Assembly: GCA_028534125.1 (NCBI GenBank)
Contig: CM052816.1
Span: 9,736,001 to 9,800,000, forward strand
DNA from: Lama glama
Lineage: Eukaryota
Length of the DNA: 64,000 nucleotides
Reading direction: 5' to 3'
Below, in pieces: positions 36,637-50,600 of the stretch. The notes beneath the pieces are model-generated. The model searched no databases and was not told the origin of the DNA. It saw only the letters and a list, made by a program, of their open reading frames with translations. The first letter of the stretch is position 1, and every line of letters starts with the position of its first letter. Made by a program: the position numbers and the translations under genes.

Positions 36637-37453
36637 CAGGTTCTAGGTATTTTCGCTGTAAACATCTTTGCTGTGAACATCTCTGCCACAAGCATTTCCC
36701 CCACATTTTCATCAATAGCTAACCAACCATAAGGCAGTTTTGCTGTATAAGATAAAATCACTAGAAGTAAAGAGGGACATTAGAGAGGGTATAATGAAAT
36801 TCATTTCTCATCACAAAATTAAAAAGACTTTATTGCAAAATACAGACTATTTAAATTCATTTTAAATGTGCATAGATTTATGGCAATATTGCACAAATCC
36901 CCAGTTTTATTTTGTGGATTATACCTAAGCACTTGCCTTTGAAATCTTTAGTTCATAATATTATAACCTTTTTGCTTGATATGCCTCCTTGTTGGACATC
37001 GCACTCTTTTTTTCTTTTTTTTCCAAAATTTCTGCCTTCATTAAGAGAGGCATTTTTTTCCCCCAAATACTAGGATGCACATTTGTTACTCGGCTTTATA
37101 TTGTGTTGTGTTTGTCCCTGGTATATTGTCAAGTAAGTTTTATCACTGCATTTTCTATCAAGCAAGTATACATTGTTGTTATCTGCTATTTTAAGACCAC
37201 CACGTCTACTCCTCACTGTCTAGACCATTAAGAGGGCTAAGATTTATGTAATACAAAAATGGGGAAATGAAAGCATTAATGGAGAAATGAAAGCAAACTG
37301 TCTACCAGCTGACTCCAGATCGTCAACTGGAACCATCAGCCAGTTAGTGTATCTTTTACATGCCTTATGGCTAATTAGTCAGGGCGGAAAAACACCTGTG
37401 GCAAAGATGTTCGTGGCAAATAAGCTAATGATTATTAAAAAATACTGGACCTG
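36637..37453. mobile_element. Non-autonomous DNA transposon with long (~120 bp) imperfect terminal inverted repeats
   Basis: Left caggttctaggtatttt..gaacatctctgccaca..ccataaggca..aagata; right (reverse complement) caggtccagtatttt..gaacatctttgccaca..ccataaggca..aagata; flanks gtctcta / gtctcca resemble a TSD. Confidence 0.7.
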
Positions 37454-40400
37454 GTCTCCATGGTAGGGTAAGGAAAAGAAAAAAGAAATTCTCTTACGTG
37501 AAAGAGATGCCGCCTTAAGCCACCTTTCCCTGGCCACCGGCCCTCTGATCTTGTGATCCAGCCTCTCTTGTCCTTTAGAAAGCAGATATGGAAGTGGCTC
37601 TTGGGGAGGGTCTTCGTTCTGAGAATTTCTAGATCTCACCTCCCTCCCCAAACCCACTTCCCCCTTCCACTGCCCTGGGAGTGAGACTAGGAAGAACACA
37701 GGATTTCAGTGAATAAAACCAAATCAACCAAATGGCATATGAACAAACCTCCCTAACATAGATGCATTTCATACTTTTAAGTTGCCCTGGCCTTCCACGA
37801 TCCCTGAAGGAAGCTCCGGAATCACGTCAGAATTTGTTCTGCCATTTGCCTTTGGCCCGTTGTGTTATCTTCAACAAAGTACTCAGTATCTGTGCCTCAA
37901 TTTTCTTAACCAAAAATTTAAAACAAAACAACCAAACAAAAAACAATTACTATGCCTTTCACCAGGGTTTTTATAAGGATGAAACGTGGCCACCTGAGAG
38001 TTGTAGAAAGTCAGTGTACAATTTTTGAAATAGTCCTGGATGAGGAGTGTAGAAAATAAGCTGCTCATTGTAGGCCTGCCCCAGCTGTAGCTCTCATCAC
38101 ATTCTGAAAGGCTCTGTGGCTCAAAAAATGCCAAGTACCACCGGACTAGGCGGTTTCTAAGGATGCATCAGCTTTGATGATCCAGGATTTAGCAGTGCAT
38201 TTTTCTAGTAGAGCAGCTTAACTTAGTTCTTTAATTCTTTAGTTGGGTGGGAGAAATAACATCTGTTGCCCAAATGCTTCCTCCTTTATGTTTAAAAGAT
38301 CCTCTTCACTCATTGTGTGAAAAATGTTCACATGGTGACTGAGGACAGAAAAGGGCCACTGTGAGAGCCCTGGAGGTTGGGGAAGGTGAAGAATGCCTTT
38401 GCAAAGCCAGCCAGAAATCCCTTCTGTGAAGCAAAGAGTGAAGCAGAGGAATATCAGCGTTGAGACTAGAAAAGAGCCCACACAGCTCCCATCCCTGAAA
38501 GAGATAGACTGATTCCTGAATGCAATGTCATTCAACTGCCTATATTTCCTCTCCTTTTTTATCTTTTTATTTTAGACTCCCTTAATTGAAATCCAAGCAA
38601 TTGGCTTCTCACTGGAAGTCAAGCAGGTCTAGACAAAGGGTAATGATAGGATTATCTTTTCTCTTAGTATCCTCTGTGAAGCATTTGGGCGATCTAGGAG
38701 AGCTGAAATATTCCCTCCCTCCCTGCCCCCGCCCCCAGGTCTAGTTGAAATGCCCCAGGGTTCTGTGGTTCTAGGGTATTGTCTTGTAGATGGCATTAGA
38801 CTAGCCTAGGTTTGAATTTTGCTTCTCCTACTTATTGGCTGCATTACTTTGTGCAAACACTCACTGCTCTGAGTTTACATTCCTGACTTCTTTATGGGGG
38901 GCTGACAATGCCTATGTTCTAGGGTTGTTGACATGATAAATGTTACAAAAACACTTAGTGAAGTATCAAGTATCCATTGGAAGATTGCTATAACGAACAC
39001 TAACCATGTAAGTCATATCACATACTAGAATTTTTGCGCCCATTATTTCCTACCCTATTTTAGTTAGCTTAAAAAAAGTTTTTAAGGTTTTTTTTTTGTT
39101 TTTTTGTTGTTTTTTAGATTGGTGTTGGATTTAACAAGCGCCTCCTTTTATTTCCTTAGATAGTCCAGCTTCCAGAGACGACTTCTAGGCATTTGGGTGC
39201 CAATGTTTAGTATCAGCCTGCCCCCTTGTGGTTCTTCAAAGAACTATGCTTTCTAAAATGGAATAGAGTGACGCTTTGCGTACTCAAATTAGTCATCGTT
39301 GCTAATGGTGACTACAAAACCATTTAACTTGGCTGTAAAGTAAGCTTATGTGGTCACTAAATCAATTAAGGAGTCAGCATCATTGATACTTTAGCATCTT
39401 AGTTCTACAGATACAGCCAATGAAAATTTGCAAATACACACACACATACCTAAGATGAAGGACTTCATTTCTTCTTCCCTTTCCTGAAAAATACTACTTA
39501 TGTGGTTAAATCAGTTCCTTCCTTTATTTTGTCAGTTTTCCTTACCCCCCTTCCTGACTTGGTTTCTACTTCCCCTGTCTTCACATTCCCTCCACACTAC
39601 CAGAACTGCTCTAAAAATGACACCTCACAGGATACTTCCCCTGGCTGTTTATGAAATGTCCATGATCTCTTTATGTTATGTGCTGCTCTTGAACACTCCC
39701 ACCTTTCAAAACTCTTTGCCGATTTGTGTGTATGTCAGTGCTCTGGCTCTCCAGCTGTTTCTTCTCTGTCCTTTTTATTGTCTTTTCTAGTTTTCTCCTG
39801 AGTATTCAGTATGTTCATTTTCAAGAAAATTTTAAATGCTTGATTTTCTCTAAGAACATATATTGTCCCAGGTGATATGAATGAGTCCTAGAATTTTTTT
39901 TTCTTGAGTCTTTATCAAAATCTCAAGCTCCAGCTTCTATTTGTCAGAAATATGCAAGATTATCTTTAGTTAAAGCTTGGTTCATACTACTTAATATTCA
40001 TTTATGCCCAGTATATAACTTTATTTTTCCCTCCATACTGATTTTACATTCTAATTTTTCCATTTTTCCATAACAGCACCCATCTTCAGGTTTATTAACC
40101 TACCCTCAGACTAAAATGTCACCAGTTCTATCCCCTTGCAAAGTGTTACCTTTCATCTGTTTCTTCGTCTCAAGTCCTCTTCCCCAGTTCCACATTTACA
40201 ACCTACACCCACCCTCAACTTGTCTGACCTGATCCCACGCAGTCAGGACTGCTCTCTGTGTCCATTTCCTTCAAGGTTCAATGTCCCTTCCACATGTGGA
40301 GACAAGTTATCTTATTTCGAATTACTGTTTTCATTACTTCTTTGCTTAAGACGTGAAGCTAGTGAACACTATTGTGTATTTATTAGAAAATTACACGGCT

Positions 40401-43221
40401 CAAAGCACTTTGACGTGAACTGGTGCTGGTTAGAGGTAGCGTGGAGCCCTGGAAGCTCGCTCTCTATGGAGTCAGAGCTCCTGAGATGCTGCCTTTACTG
40501 CTGTTGGTAAACTTGAGTCAGCGAGGTCCTCTTTCTAAGCCCTCAGCTTTCCTCTGAAGGTAAATTGCAGAAGCTAGTTAACATCTCCAACTTGTATTTA
40601 GGTAGCCTGTCAGATTGAAAATTATAAGTGAATTCAAGCTATTTAGGAAAAATGAACAGTCTCAAACATATTCTTATCATGGAGCATTGTTTCACTACCT
40701 GTATTAAAACTTACCATATATTTATCTTAAAATACAAACAAAACTAAACTTAGCCCCCAAATTACTGTGAAAGCAAATGGTTGCCAGTCATTGTTTTTGA
40801 GAGGTCTGTTATATTAATTCCAATCTGGAATATTCATTTAAAAATCTCTTTAAGTATATGGTTCTCAAATATACAGCCTGACAAAGGAAATTAGAAAAAT
40901 AAAGACAGGGTGTTAAGTGATTGTAAAAGCAAAATTTATCCAGGCTAAATGACTATCCTTATTCTGAGATTATGACTTTTAAGCATTTAGTATTACACTG
41001 CAATTTCTTTCATGAAGGCTGGGGACGGTTAATAGTTTCATTCTTAAATTATTATATTATTACTTTTATGTTATTTAATATTCCTACATGGCAAATTAAA
41101 GAGTTGGTAGCATATTAGTCGTTTATATTTCCAGGGAGGATTTTATAGGACCATGACTTGCAGAAGCCCTGGAATGTGCTTTTTGTGTCACTTAAATAAT
41201 ATTTCTGAAAGAATGGGGAACTTGTACAACCCTGTACTTGAGACTGCTAACTATAATGTCTCATCAGATGCTTCATAATGAAGAGACTTCTTGGCATGAA
41301 AAGAATGACTTGAGTGTTAGAGAAAACCTTCCGTTTGTCTTGGCTAGATCAGACTCGGGCAGACATGCTCCTAAGGTTAGTGTCAACTTCTTCTGCCTGC
41401 CATTGGTACTGTCACTCTCTCCTGGCATGTGGAAGAGAAAGGGTAGCCTTGATGTCCTCCGAAAGGTGCCACCCTCTTTGCCTTTTATATTTGAATGGCA
41501 AAGAAACAGCAGTCTTGGCAAGGCATGCTTGGTTCATACTGATTCAGATGCCTAAAGCCAGAAGGGGTTTTAGAGACCATTGAATCCAACTGTTTATTTT
41601 AGAGATATGGAAACAAAGGCAATGAGAAGGGAAAGAGACATTCTTCCAATCACACAGGCAGCAAGTATTCATGTTGGGACTCATCTGTATTGTCGCCAAT
41701 ATATTTGAGCACTCCAGAGTCAGTGCAGCCAGCACTAGATGCTTAGAATGGAGATTTAAAACCTCCCCACTGTGATTATTACCCAGTAAGCCTGGCATGG
41801 TCCTAAGGATCTACTTAGTTAGTAAGCATCTGCAGGAGATCCTAAAGCAAGCAGAATATAAGACTTAGGCCCATCTAAAGAAATAGAATCAGTAAACAGA
41901 TTATTGTAAATTTGGGAAACTAACAGTCTGGGAAATCAAAGCCCAAAGAAGGGAATTTGTGTTAATGAGAAAACTAGGATTATATTCCGTATTTTAAAAA
42001 CGTGTGAGTAGTGGTCCTATCGTATTTTACCACCTAATGGAGTATAAAATATATTGGCCAGATCTTACGTCCTTTTCTTGTTTGTTTGTTTTGATATTTA
42101 ACATAGACCAGGCTACCCTATGTATTTAAACATAAGAAGAAATAAATTTTAAGATGTACAATTATATATGCCGGTATGAACACAAGCGTGTGCATGCATT
42201 GCGTGCGCTCACGTGCACACGCACACTCACGCGGGTATTTAATGTAAGACTTCATTCATTGTCAGAGACACCCCAGTTTCTGAGATGCTAAAATCTGGGG
42301 GGAGAAAGAGCCTTAAGCAATGTAGTAGGTATATTAGAGTTGGAAAATATCTTTCAACTTCTTTGCCAACTCTTATTAGTTGGCAGCAGTGTCTGGAAAA
42401 TTTTGATGTCAAGGGTTCTTGGGCACATCAAGGCAAACAAGGACCAGAGCCAGGGTCAGGTGTTAATGTTCAATATGGAAGCAAGGGCGAGTCTGGCAGA
42501 GCAAATACCACTGTTTGTGTTGTCTTTTGATAGCTAGGACAAGAAAACTGGAAAATAAAGTTGGTGGATTGATTTGGAAAAAATCAGCCAACAGTAAAGA
42601 TAATTTGTACCCATTCCAATTTTTAACCCAAATTGTATTTAAGTTTGATTGAGCCAGTTTATATATATTCAGTCCAAATCCAAACTGAACAAGTTTTCTG
42701 TCTACTATTGGTTGTCTTACTTCTAAAAAAAAAAAAAAAAGATAGCCTCTGTCCTAACTCCTTCAGAAACTATTAATTATTAATCAATAACTAATTTTTT
42801 TATAGTTTTCCAAATGCTTCCACGTAGTTTATGTGATTTGAATCCAGTTCTATGAGGTAAATAGTATTATTCCTTTTCTATTGTTGTGGGAATTACAGCT
42901 CAGAAAAGCTGAGTAACTTGCCCGAGATCACACAGTGAAATCAGTGAAAGAACATGAATGTGACCACACAGTCAACCTACTTTTATTTGTATTCATTTTA
43001 CTTTAACAAAATCTGAGAATGGGTGTTTTGCCTCTTTTAAACTGAGAACAGTATTCTCGTAGAGAGACTGTAGTTAAAAAGCAAAGAAATATCTCCTGAT
43101 TTTTGCATCTGGCCTGCTTGTTCATTTTTTTGCTCTTTTACCCGTAGACAAACCTCTTTGGTCAGGAAATACCAGCCAAGCACCACCCAGGTCCTAAGAG
43201 TAAATAAAAATGCGTACTGAC

Positions 43222-43244
43222 CTGAACTCCTTGACTGAAGATAC
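43222..43244 (-). CDS. SPINK6: SPINK6-like exon 2 (G)IFSQGVQ
   Basis: 23 nt, phase 1->0, long polypyrimidine tract. Confidence 0.8.
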
Positions 43245-45615
43245 CTGGAAAAAAAAGAAAAAAGCATAAAATCCAAACACTAATTTCTGAAGGTGCCAAA
43301 AGGGGGATTTGCAAAATTAGGAAATACCAAAGCCTGGGATGATACTTATCCTGGTTTGTGGGCATCTCGATAAGTCATGGTATGGTTGTTTTGTTTTTCA
43401 CACCGACTGTCTTCTTAGGGAATGGTAGAAACTTGGAAAGTGCTGTGTGGACATGGATGGTGATGGGTTAATATTTATTGGAGGTTGGGTTGGGCTGAGA
43501 GAAATCGTTTAAGGCTCTGGAGAGTCATGTTAAGTCTTCGCCCATCACTAATTTACTGTGGGAATTACTTTATCATCTCTGGCCTCTTTTTGGAGAAGTT
43601 GTGTTGGAAATTTCCCTCTAACTCTGATGTTCCAAAGTTCAGTGCATTTAGTCCCTCCCCAAAGCCTTTGTTACAGGCAGTTGAGGGAAGGGATTGGATT
43701 TGTTGTTTGTTCTTTGAGCTCAAAATTGTTCTTCTGCCCTTCATACTCAGCTTTAAAGACTTTGGTGCAAATTTAGACTGGCAAGGACAAACTCATTTTC
43801 TTTCCTGTGAGTCATTTTTCCTGCTACATCTCTCTAAACTCCTGAAAGGGAAATAAGTTCATAAATAACAGTTGCCCCTCCTTCCATCTTTGTGATCATC
43901 TGTGTGATTTTACTTTGTGGCTTATTAGCACAGTGGTTTAAAATACTGAAATAATAAAAGTGTTAGGTTCATTCCTGATACACGCTGCTGACTTCTGATC
44001 TCTGGCCATTTCTGTGGACCTCCTAACGCCAGCAGTACCTCTCACACGCAAGCCCGAGGTCACCTCAGTGACAGAAAGTACACGGATAAATGCAGTCTTC
44101 TCCAGTGTGGCTAGCACGTATGGGAAGACAGCTGGAAATACCTCAAGGTACTTTCTCTGTTAATGTGGATAAGGAGAAAATGGGGCTTTGCAAAATTTGC
44201 AAAAAAAAAAGTGAATGATCTTCTACTGTTGTGGCTACCAACCTTATTCCAACAGTGTGGTGTGGGTCGTTATTAAAAATACAAATTCTTAGGACAGCCC
44301 CTTGAAAAGTTCCATTAAATAAGAGAAAATAGAGTCTGGAAATGTACCTTTTTAGAACCACTTCAATCAATTTTTACGACTAGGGAGGACTCATTGTTAC
44401 AGTTTTCAGCCATTCTCCACTATACAAATCTCAGAATCTCTCAGAAGAGGAGAGATTTTGTCCAAAGTTTCATATGCATGAAATGTCAAAGTGGAAGCAA
44501 GGTTAATATCAGTGCCTGAGTCCAGCTAGTACTCTCATTATTAAAATTTAGTGGTGGCAATATTAATAGACATTTGTTAAACACTTACTATGTTCCATCC
44601 CCTATGCTAAGCATTTTACATGTACTTTTTCATTTAATTCCTCATTTAGGGCTATTCCTGTTACATCCCCATTTTACAGATGAGGAAAATGAGACCAGAA
44701 ACGGCACACCGCTATAAAATAGAAATGCCAGGACTGAAATTCATTTCTCTTGATCTCAGCATTAAGGCTCTTAGGCACTTATGCTTTCCCAAATGCCAAC
44801 ATGTCTATAAGGAACCTTGTTTTAGTATTAGTATTTGTTGGTATTAGTCAACCAGATTGAATTAAAAGATCAATTTGTCTCTGTAAAGAAAAGCAATTAA
44901 GAGGATATCAGTTAATTTCTAAGACTATCTTTGCAAGTACATTTTAATATAGTCTGATCTATTTTTATGTCATCTCACCAGTTGACTAAGCCACTTACTC
45001 AAATTACTTGGCTTTAGTAATCAAAATTAATCCATTATATCACAGAAATCGTGTATCCACTTTTTCGTGTTTCTAAACATATTTGTTTATGAAAATATGA
45101 CCAGTTTTGTGGGAACACTGACTTCTCCATCTTCTCAGTCTCATTAAAAAATTGTTGTTTTTACACGTTTGGGCATTTAAAATCTCTGATAGCAGCAAAA
45201 TTCAATTTCTTTTATCACAGAAAATGATACACCACACATGGAAGGTCCCAGGACTCAGTTTTCTTGTGTGTGGAATGTGGGTATGAATACCTTGCTATTT
45301 GCATTGGAGATAAGGCATAAAAACTCTTAGTACATGCCTAAAATATAGTATATGCTCAACAAATAAAAGTTATTTTTAACATTACAATGACCATTTTCAT
45401 CATCACAATCATAATTAATGATTGAATAATGATCTCCCAGAGTTAGTCTTTTAGATCAGAATTGTTAGGATTTTGAAATATGGTGGACAAATACACTTGT
45501 CACTTCCAATGCAGTATAAATATTGGATTTTAATTTTAAGGAAAAAAAAAAACTCACCTGAGAAAAAGCAGAAAAAAGCCAGAGAGAGAAGCAGAAAGAC
45601 ACCTGATATTTTCAT
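43222..45615 (-). CDS. SPINK6: SPINK6-like Kazal inhibitor, 5' part only: join complement(45558..45615,43222..43244) = MKISGVFLLLSLAFFCFFSGIFSQGVQ
   Basis: Matches the human SPINK6 N-terminus as recalled (MKLSGMFLLLSLALFCFLTGVFSQGGQ). accATGA Kozak, donor cag|GTGAGT, acceptor ctttttttccag, donor cag|GTCAGT. Kazal exons not found in the visible sequence. Confidence 0.8.
45558..45615 (-). CDS. SPINK6: SPINK6-like exon 1 (signal peptide)
   Basis: 58 nt, 19 codons plus G, then GTGAGT. Confidence 0.85.
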
Positions 45616-45706
45616 GGTGCCAGTTGGCTCACTCAGATCCAGGCTGCTTTGTCCAGCTCTGATTCTCTGTCAAGACACTTCCTGGAGCACTAAAAGACAC
45701 ACAGAC

Positions 45707-45715
45707 ATATATATA
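45707..45715 (-). promoter_or_regulatory. Candidate TATA box of the SPINK6-like gene
   Basis: TATATATAT about 95 bp upstream of the ATG at 45615. Confidence 0.45.
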
Positions 45716-47102
45716 GACGTGATAGATGGAGTTGGGATCTCCACCTTCTTTATAAACTCACATTCTAAAACCGTATGTGGTCGTCTATACTGCAGGCATT
45801 TGTTGGGACCTGTCACGTAAAGAAATGCTTCATGCTCCCATCAATCTTAAAAATTAGGACATTTATATGAGTCGCACCTCAGAGCTTATTAATGGAGGAT
45901 GTTATTTTCCACCAGTAATCTACATTTTCCTAACAACCAATATACCCTCCCTGTCCTTCCCTCTACGGTTTCGTTACATGAAAGGGATGATTCACTGGTG
46001 GAGCCCCACTTGACGCCTGTGTCTCTTTCAGACAGGTCCTACACGTCTGGGATCCAAATGAGTAACCGTGGGAGAATGGAATCTCGGGTGTAACTTGGAT
46101 TTTCGGAGTTCATGTCAACCAGTGTGTACCTCAAAGAGGTAGGTACTACATTGTCATCAGAACTGCATCAGAAAAATCATTTTCTGCACAGAAATCAGAT
46201 CGTTACTTTAAAATAATCTTCATTGTAGTCAAATGCCAGTGATTTTCAATCTTTAAGTCAAAATGAACAAAGAAGTCAGTGTATTTTTTTTAATTTGTAA
46301 AAAATATTTTTTAACAGTTACTGGATTGAGGAATATTTGAAATAAGGACTATTTACTATTTCCCCTTTTCTGTAAAGTAAAAAGTAGTCATAATGAAGCT
46401 CTTTATGTTTTGACTCCTTGAAAATACACTTTTTGTACAACTAAGATGAATCATACTATCATGGCCAATTTAATTGCTAGAAAGGTCAACGAGTATGATG
46501 CCAAAGCTTTCATTAGGTGAATGACAACAAAAACTCACAATGGTTATAGTGATAAATAGTGAGGAAGTCAACCTCAAATCATAAACAACTACTTAAAATA
46601 TCATGAAGAAAAATGTAACAATTTCAATTATGGGAAGATTATGCAAAACGTGCCCAGTTTAATTAAACGCAAGGGATTAATGCAATGCATAGATGAGTAA
46701 TTCAGAAAGTCTACAACTAAATAATTGGTTTCCTTTTAAAGCAATCACTTTTGGAAAATATATACAAAGTTCGGATATTCTCTTTATTTCAGGATATTTG
46801 TTTTCTGTTTGGAAATTACATATTTTGAGGAATTTTATTTTGGTTCATCTCAATAATTAGGATGAATTTTCTGTCTGTGAAAATGGTGACTATATTTTAT
46901 TGAATTTGGCAATCAAATAAGGTATTACTGTGTAATCAAAACTGAAGTGTGACTGTGATAAAAACAAGAATAGTTTTTTTTTAATTACTTTCTTGACAAT
47001 TTTAAAAGACTTGCACTTGAAGGATAGAGGAAAGAGGAGAGAGAGCAGTACAGAGAGGAGAGGAGAGGAATAAGAGGAAAGGGAAGGTATGTGCTTGGCA
47101 GA

Positions 47103-47622
47103 TGTTACCAAACCAGCAAGCCAAACGCTGGGATGCTGAGGTTTGCAACAGAGAAAGGGTTTATGCATGAGGCATCCAACTAGAAGATGGGAGAACAAAT
47201 CTCAGATCCACCTCCCCAAAGGTGAGGGACCTGGCATGTTTGTGGGATAAAGCTGAGGCATGGGGAGCGTGGAGAAAGGTGACTGGAGATAAGAAAAAGG
47301 TGCAGCTAAGCTACAGGCTTCTTCATGGGACTCATGTTCAGAAAATGGTGGCATTAGTATGTTCTGAGGTGGAGTTTTATGCCTCTGATGGTCAAAAGGT
47401 CACTGATCCGACACTCCCACAGGCCCAGTTGGAGGGTTCATGGTCTTAACTGGTCTTAACCAGCTCAAACTCAAACTGGATAAAACAATTGGGGCAAATA
47501 TCTTATTAAGCTTTGTGACCCTTGGAGGACATGCAAGTGTTTTGTAGCAACAATTAAAGTGAGCTTGGTTGAAGGCAGGTTCCAGGTTTAGTGGATCAGA
47601 TTGATGATTACCTTCAGTTTCA
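47103..47622 (-). mobile_element. Solo ERV1-like LTR
   Basis: TG...CA ends, flanks caga / cagg, minus-strand polyA-like signal (gggtttat) near the left end. Confidence 0.6.
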
Positions 47623-50600
47623 CAGGTATTAAAAGTCTTCTTATTCTAAGGTGGTGTGATGTCACGCACGTAACGTACACACATTCACAAATGCATGATC
47701 TTAAAGTCCTATACAGAAAGTGATAGGGCAGGCCTAAGACTGAAAAAGCTTCAAAGATACTAATGAACAACCTTAAAAACCTGTGCTTAAATTTTTCTTG
47801 AACACTTCATCAGGGGAGGAGTCTGAGAATATTTAGAAAAACAGAATAATGGGGAAATTGCTCAAGGATAGCTATGAAATTTTCAAACAACAATTTTCTC
47901 TACATGTCATGATCTTTCATTATTTTGGCCTCATTAAAAGAGGTAATATAAATAGCAGCGCTTAGGGACTTTGAAACGTTACAAAGGCTTGGTTCTCCAT
48001 GTGCTGCTTCTTCCCTCCCTTGCCCGGGTTCCACTCTCAGTACTTCAAGCCCCAGCACTTCTGCCTTCTCCTTTCCCTTCTTCTCCTTTGTGATCAGAAC
48101 ATATAGGGGCAGTCTCAGTAGACCCTCAGGTTTCAAAATGAACACAGTTCAAAAGCATTAACAAATAACGAAAAACAACGTAACAGTGGTAGTCAGTGAT
48201 ATTCCACCATAAAATCCATGGTGGCCTTTCTAAGATACCTGTTTAAACGTCTCTCCCCCAAATTTCATTTACGGTAGTTGCTTCCATATCTTGCTCTAAA
48301 CCCTCAACATCCCTGTTTACCTAAATAGTACTCTCTCTTCACTTTCCACTTTCTCCTTCCCTACCTCCCCCATCCTTCAAGAGCTTTTCTTAAACGGCTG
48401 TTTTTCGTAAAATGATTTTCAGGTAGAGTGAATGTACCCTCTTTTTCTGAATGTTTTCAGTTCTGTATCTTCAACATAATCCAGCTCATCACAACAGAGC
48501 TTGGGAGTATGAAAGTACAAAATAAGTTGTGGCTCTGGGCAGGTGTTAGGAAGTGAATATTGTAAATGTGTGCATATAGGTGTATGTATATATATACACA
48601 CACATACATACATTTAGATATAGATATATAGATATATCCAGCACCCTGAACAATAATTTTTGTTAGGTTTTGAGCCCATGTGAAATAATTATTTCCTTTG
48701 TATATAACTTAAAGAAAAAGATAAACATTCTCTGGGGATCACTTCATTAGCTCCTTAAATAAGAAGCTGAGGTAATAAAAGGTTACAGAGAAGTTACAGC
48801 CAATTATTCACAAACACTAAAGATGCTGTGTCTAATTCTAGTTTTTTGGCTACAGAGTAAGTACATGAGAGAAGTTTGATTTTTGTTCTCTGTAGTATTC
48901 TGAAAGGAAAATAGGGAATAATTTAAGGGTAAGTTTCAATGAGCTGAGTCACGCACAAAAAAATAAAAGGAGATACAGGAGAAGGCAGTAAAAGTCATGG
49001 CTTTTATACAGACATAGTAGAATGCAGTCCCAATATATATACAGTTGACTTCCAAAAATTAACTGCATGTTTTCTTTTATGTAATTAAAACCAAAAACAC
49101 TAAAATTATATTTTCACGTGGAAAGTTTATTATATAAAGATGATACATTAACCCACAAATATTACCATTCAGGGTAATACACACAAAATCATAGGCACTT
49201 ATTTAAAGAATTTTAAGGGTGATTTTGATTCTATAATTTCTGCTGCTGGTTTTATAATATCGCCACACCTATTCAGGTGTAGCTTTACTGCTTTTAGAAT
49301 GCTTAGGTCTGTGTCCAGGGAGATATACGTATTTGTGTTTTATTTTTTAAGGTTTTATTTGTTAATATAAATTTTCCTTGCCACAATGTTTCTCAATATC
49401 AGGTGGATAATAAGGGGGTCGGAGGGAGTGAAGACACATGCACAGAATACAGTGTCCATGGGAGCCATGTAACATTGCAGCAGTTCATGGGGGGATAGAA
49501 GTCGATATCCAAGAACCAACTGATAAGAATCTCTTCACCAGAAGCTAGTGCAGATGAGACACTGTTCTGCAGATGTTATGAAACTTCCTTCTGGATTCAG
49601 ATGCCATCTTTGGGGAAAGGAAGGAGTGAGGAGAACCAATGAGAAGGTTGAACCAGAGACACACCCACTGGGTAAAATGTGAGTCCTTAATGGGAGAAAT
49701 TGTGTGGTCTCCACAGGACTTTCAGACATTCTTAGCAATTAATAAGCACTCAGAAGATGTTTGTTAAGTGACTGAGATTGAAATATCCTTGTTGAGACAA
49801 GTATTTTCTGCTATTACTATGAAATGAAGAAAAGAGCAATTAAGAAATTCCCTTTTTGTCACATATAAACCTTAGCTTATATAAAAATTGGACCCACTCT
49901 ACTCAGGAGATTAGGTCCAACCTTTATTAACGTTTTGCCAGAAAATAACAGAACATAGACTTTTAAATTAATTGTGACCTTCAAGAACATTTACTTTAGT
50001 CTTTCACTTAATATAAAATATAATCTAAAGTTCATAGACATAGTACTTTTATACTTGGTGGTTCTGTGATGGATAAGAAAGACCATAGACTTTGACTCTA
50101 GGTAGACATGGAGTGTGCATTCCACAAACTCTATGACTTAAGTGATGTTAATTAAACTTTCTGAGTCTCCCTATTCCCAGTGAGATGGCTTTCTGGGTTA
50201 TTTTCATGCATCGCATATTTCTCTTACTTTCTTGGCTCAGAAACATTTTTTGGTGTTTTGTTGAAATCTTGCATTTAGTCCCTCAAAATTGTTCAGGCTT
50301 GAGTGTGTCATCACATTAGTGATCCCTCCCAACTTTGTGCCAACTGTTAATCTAGTAACTGTCTTCCTGATCATCATCAGTATCATTGAAAAAGTATTAA
50401 ACAGAATAGGTTTGAAGAGATTTCACCAACTTATTACCAAAGTTACTCTACAGAAATCAGTGTTCACATTTTATCTGGCGTGCTGCCAAGCTCTCAGCCT
50501 TATGAAATACGATAAGGTATATTTGGCATAACTTGCTTTTAAAGAATCTATGTAGGCTGCTGATCATCCTCACCTTTTCCCCGTAATGCTCATATTATCA

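Noticed and set aside
42940..42977. Minus-strand ag|GTT GAC TGT (VDC) as SPINK6 exon 3
   Set aside because: No polypyrimidine tract, a stop after a few codons, no further Kazal cysteines, and it adjoins MIR-like sequence
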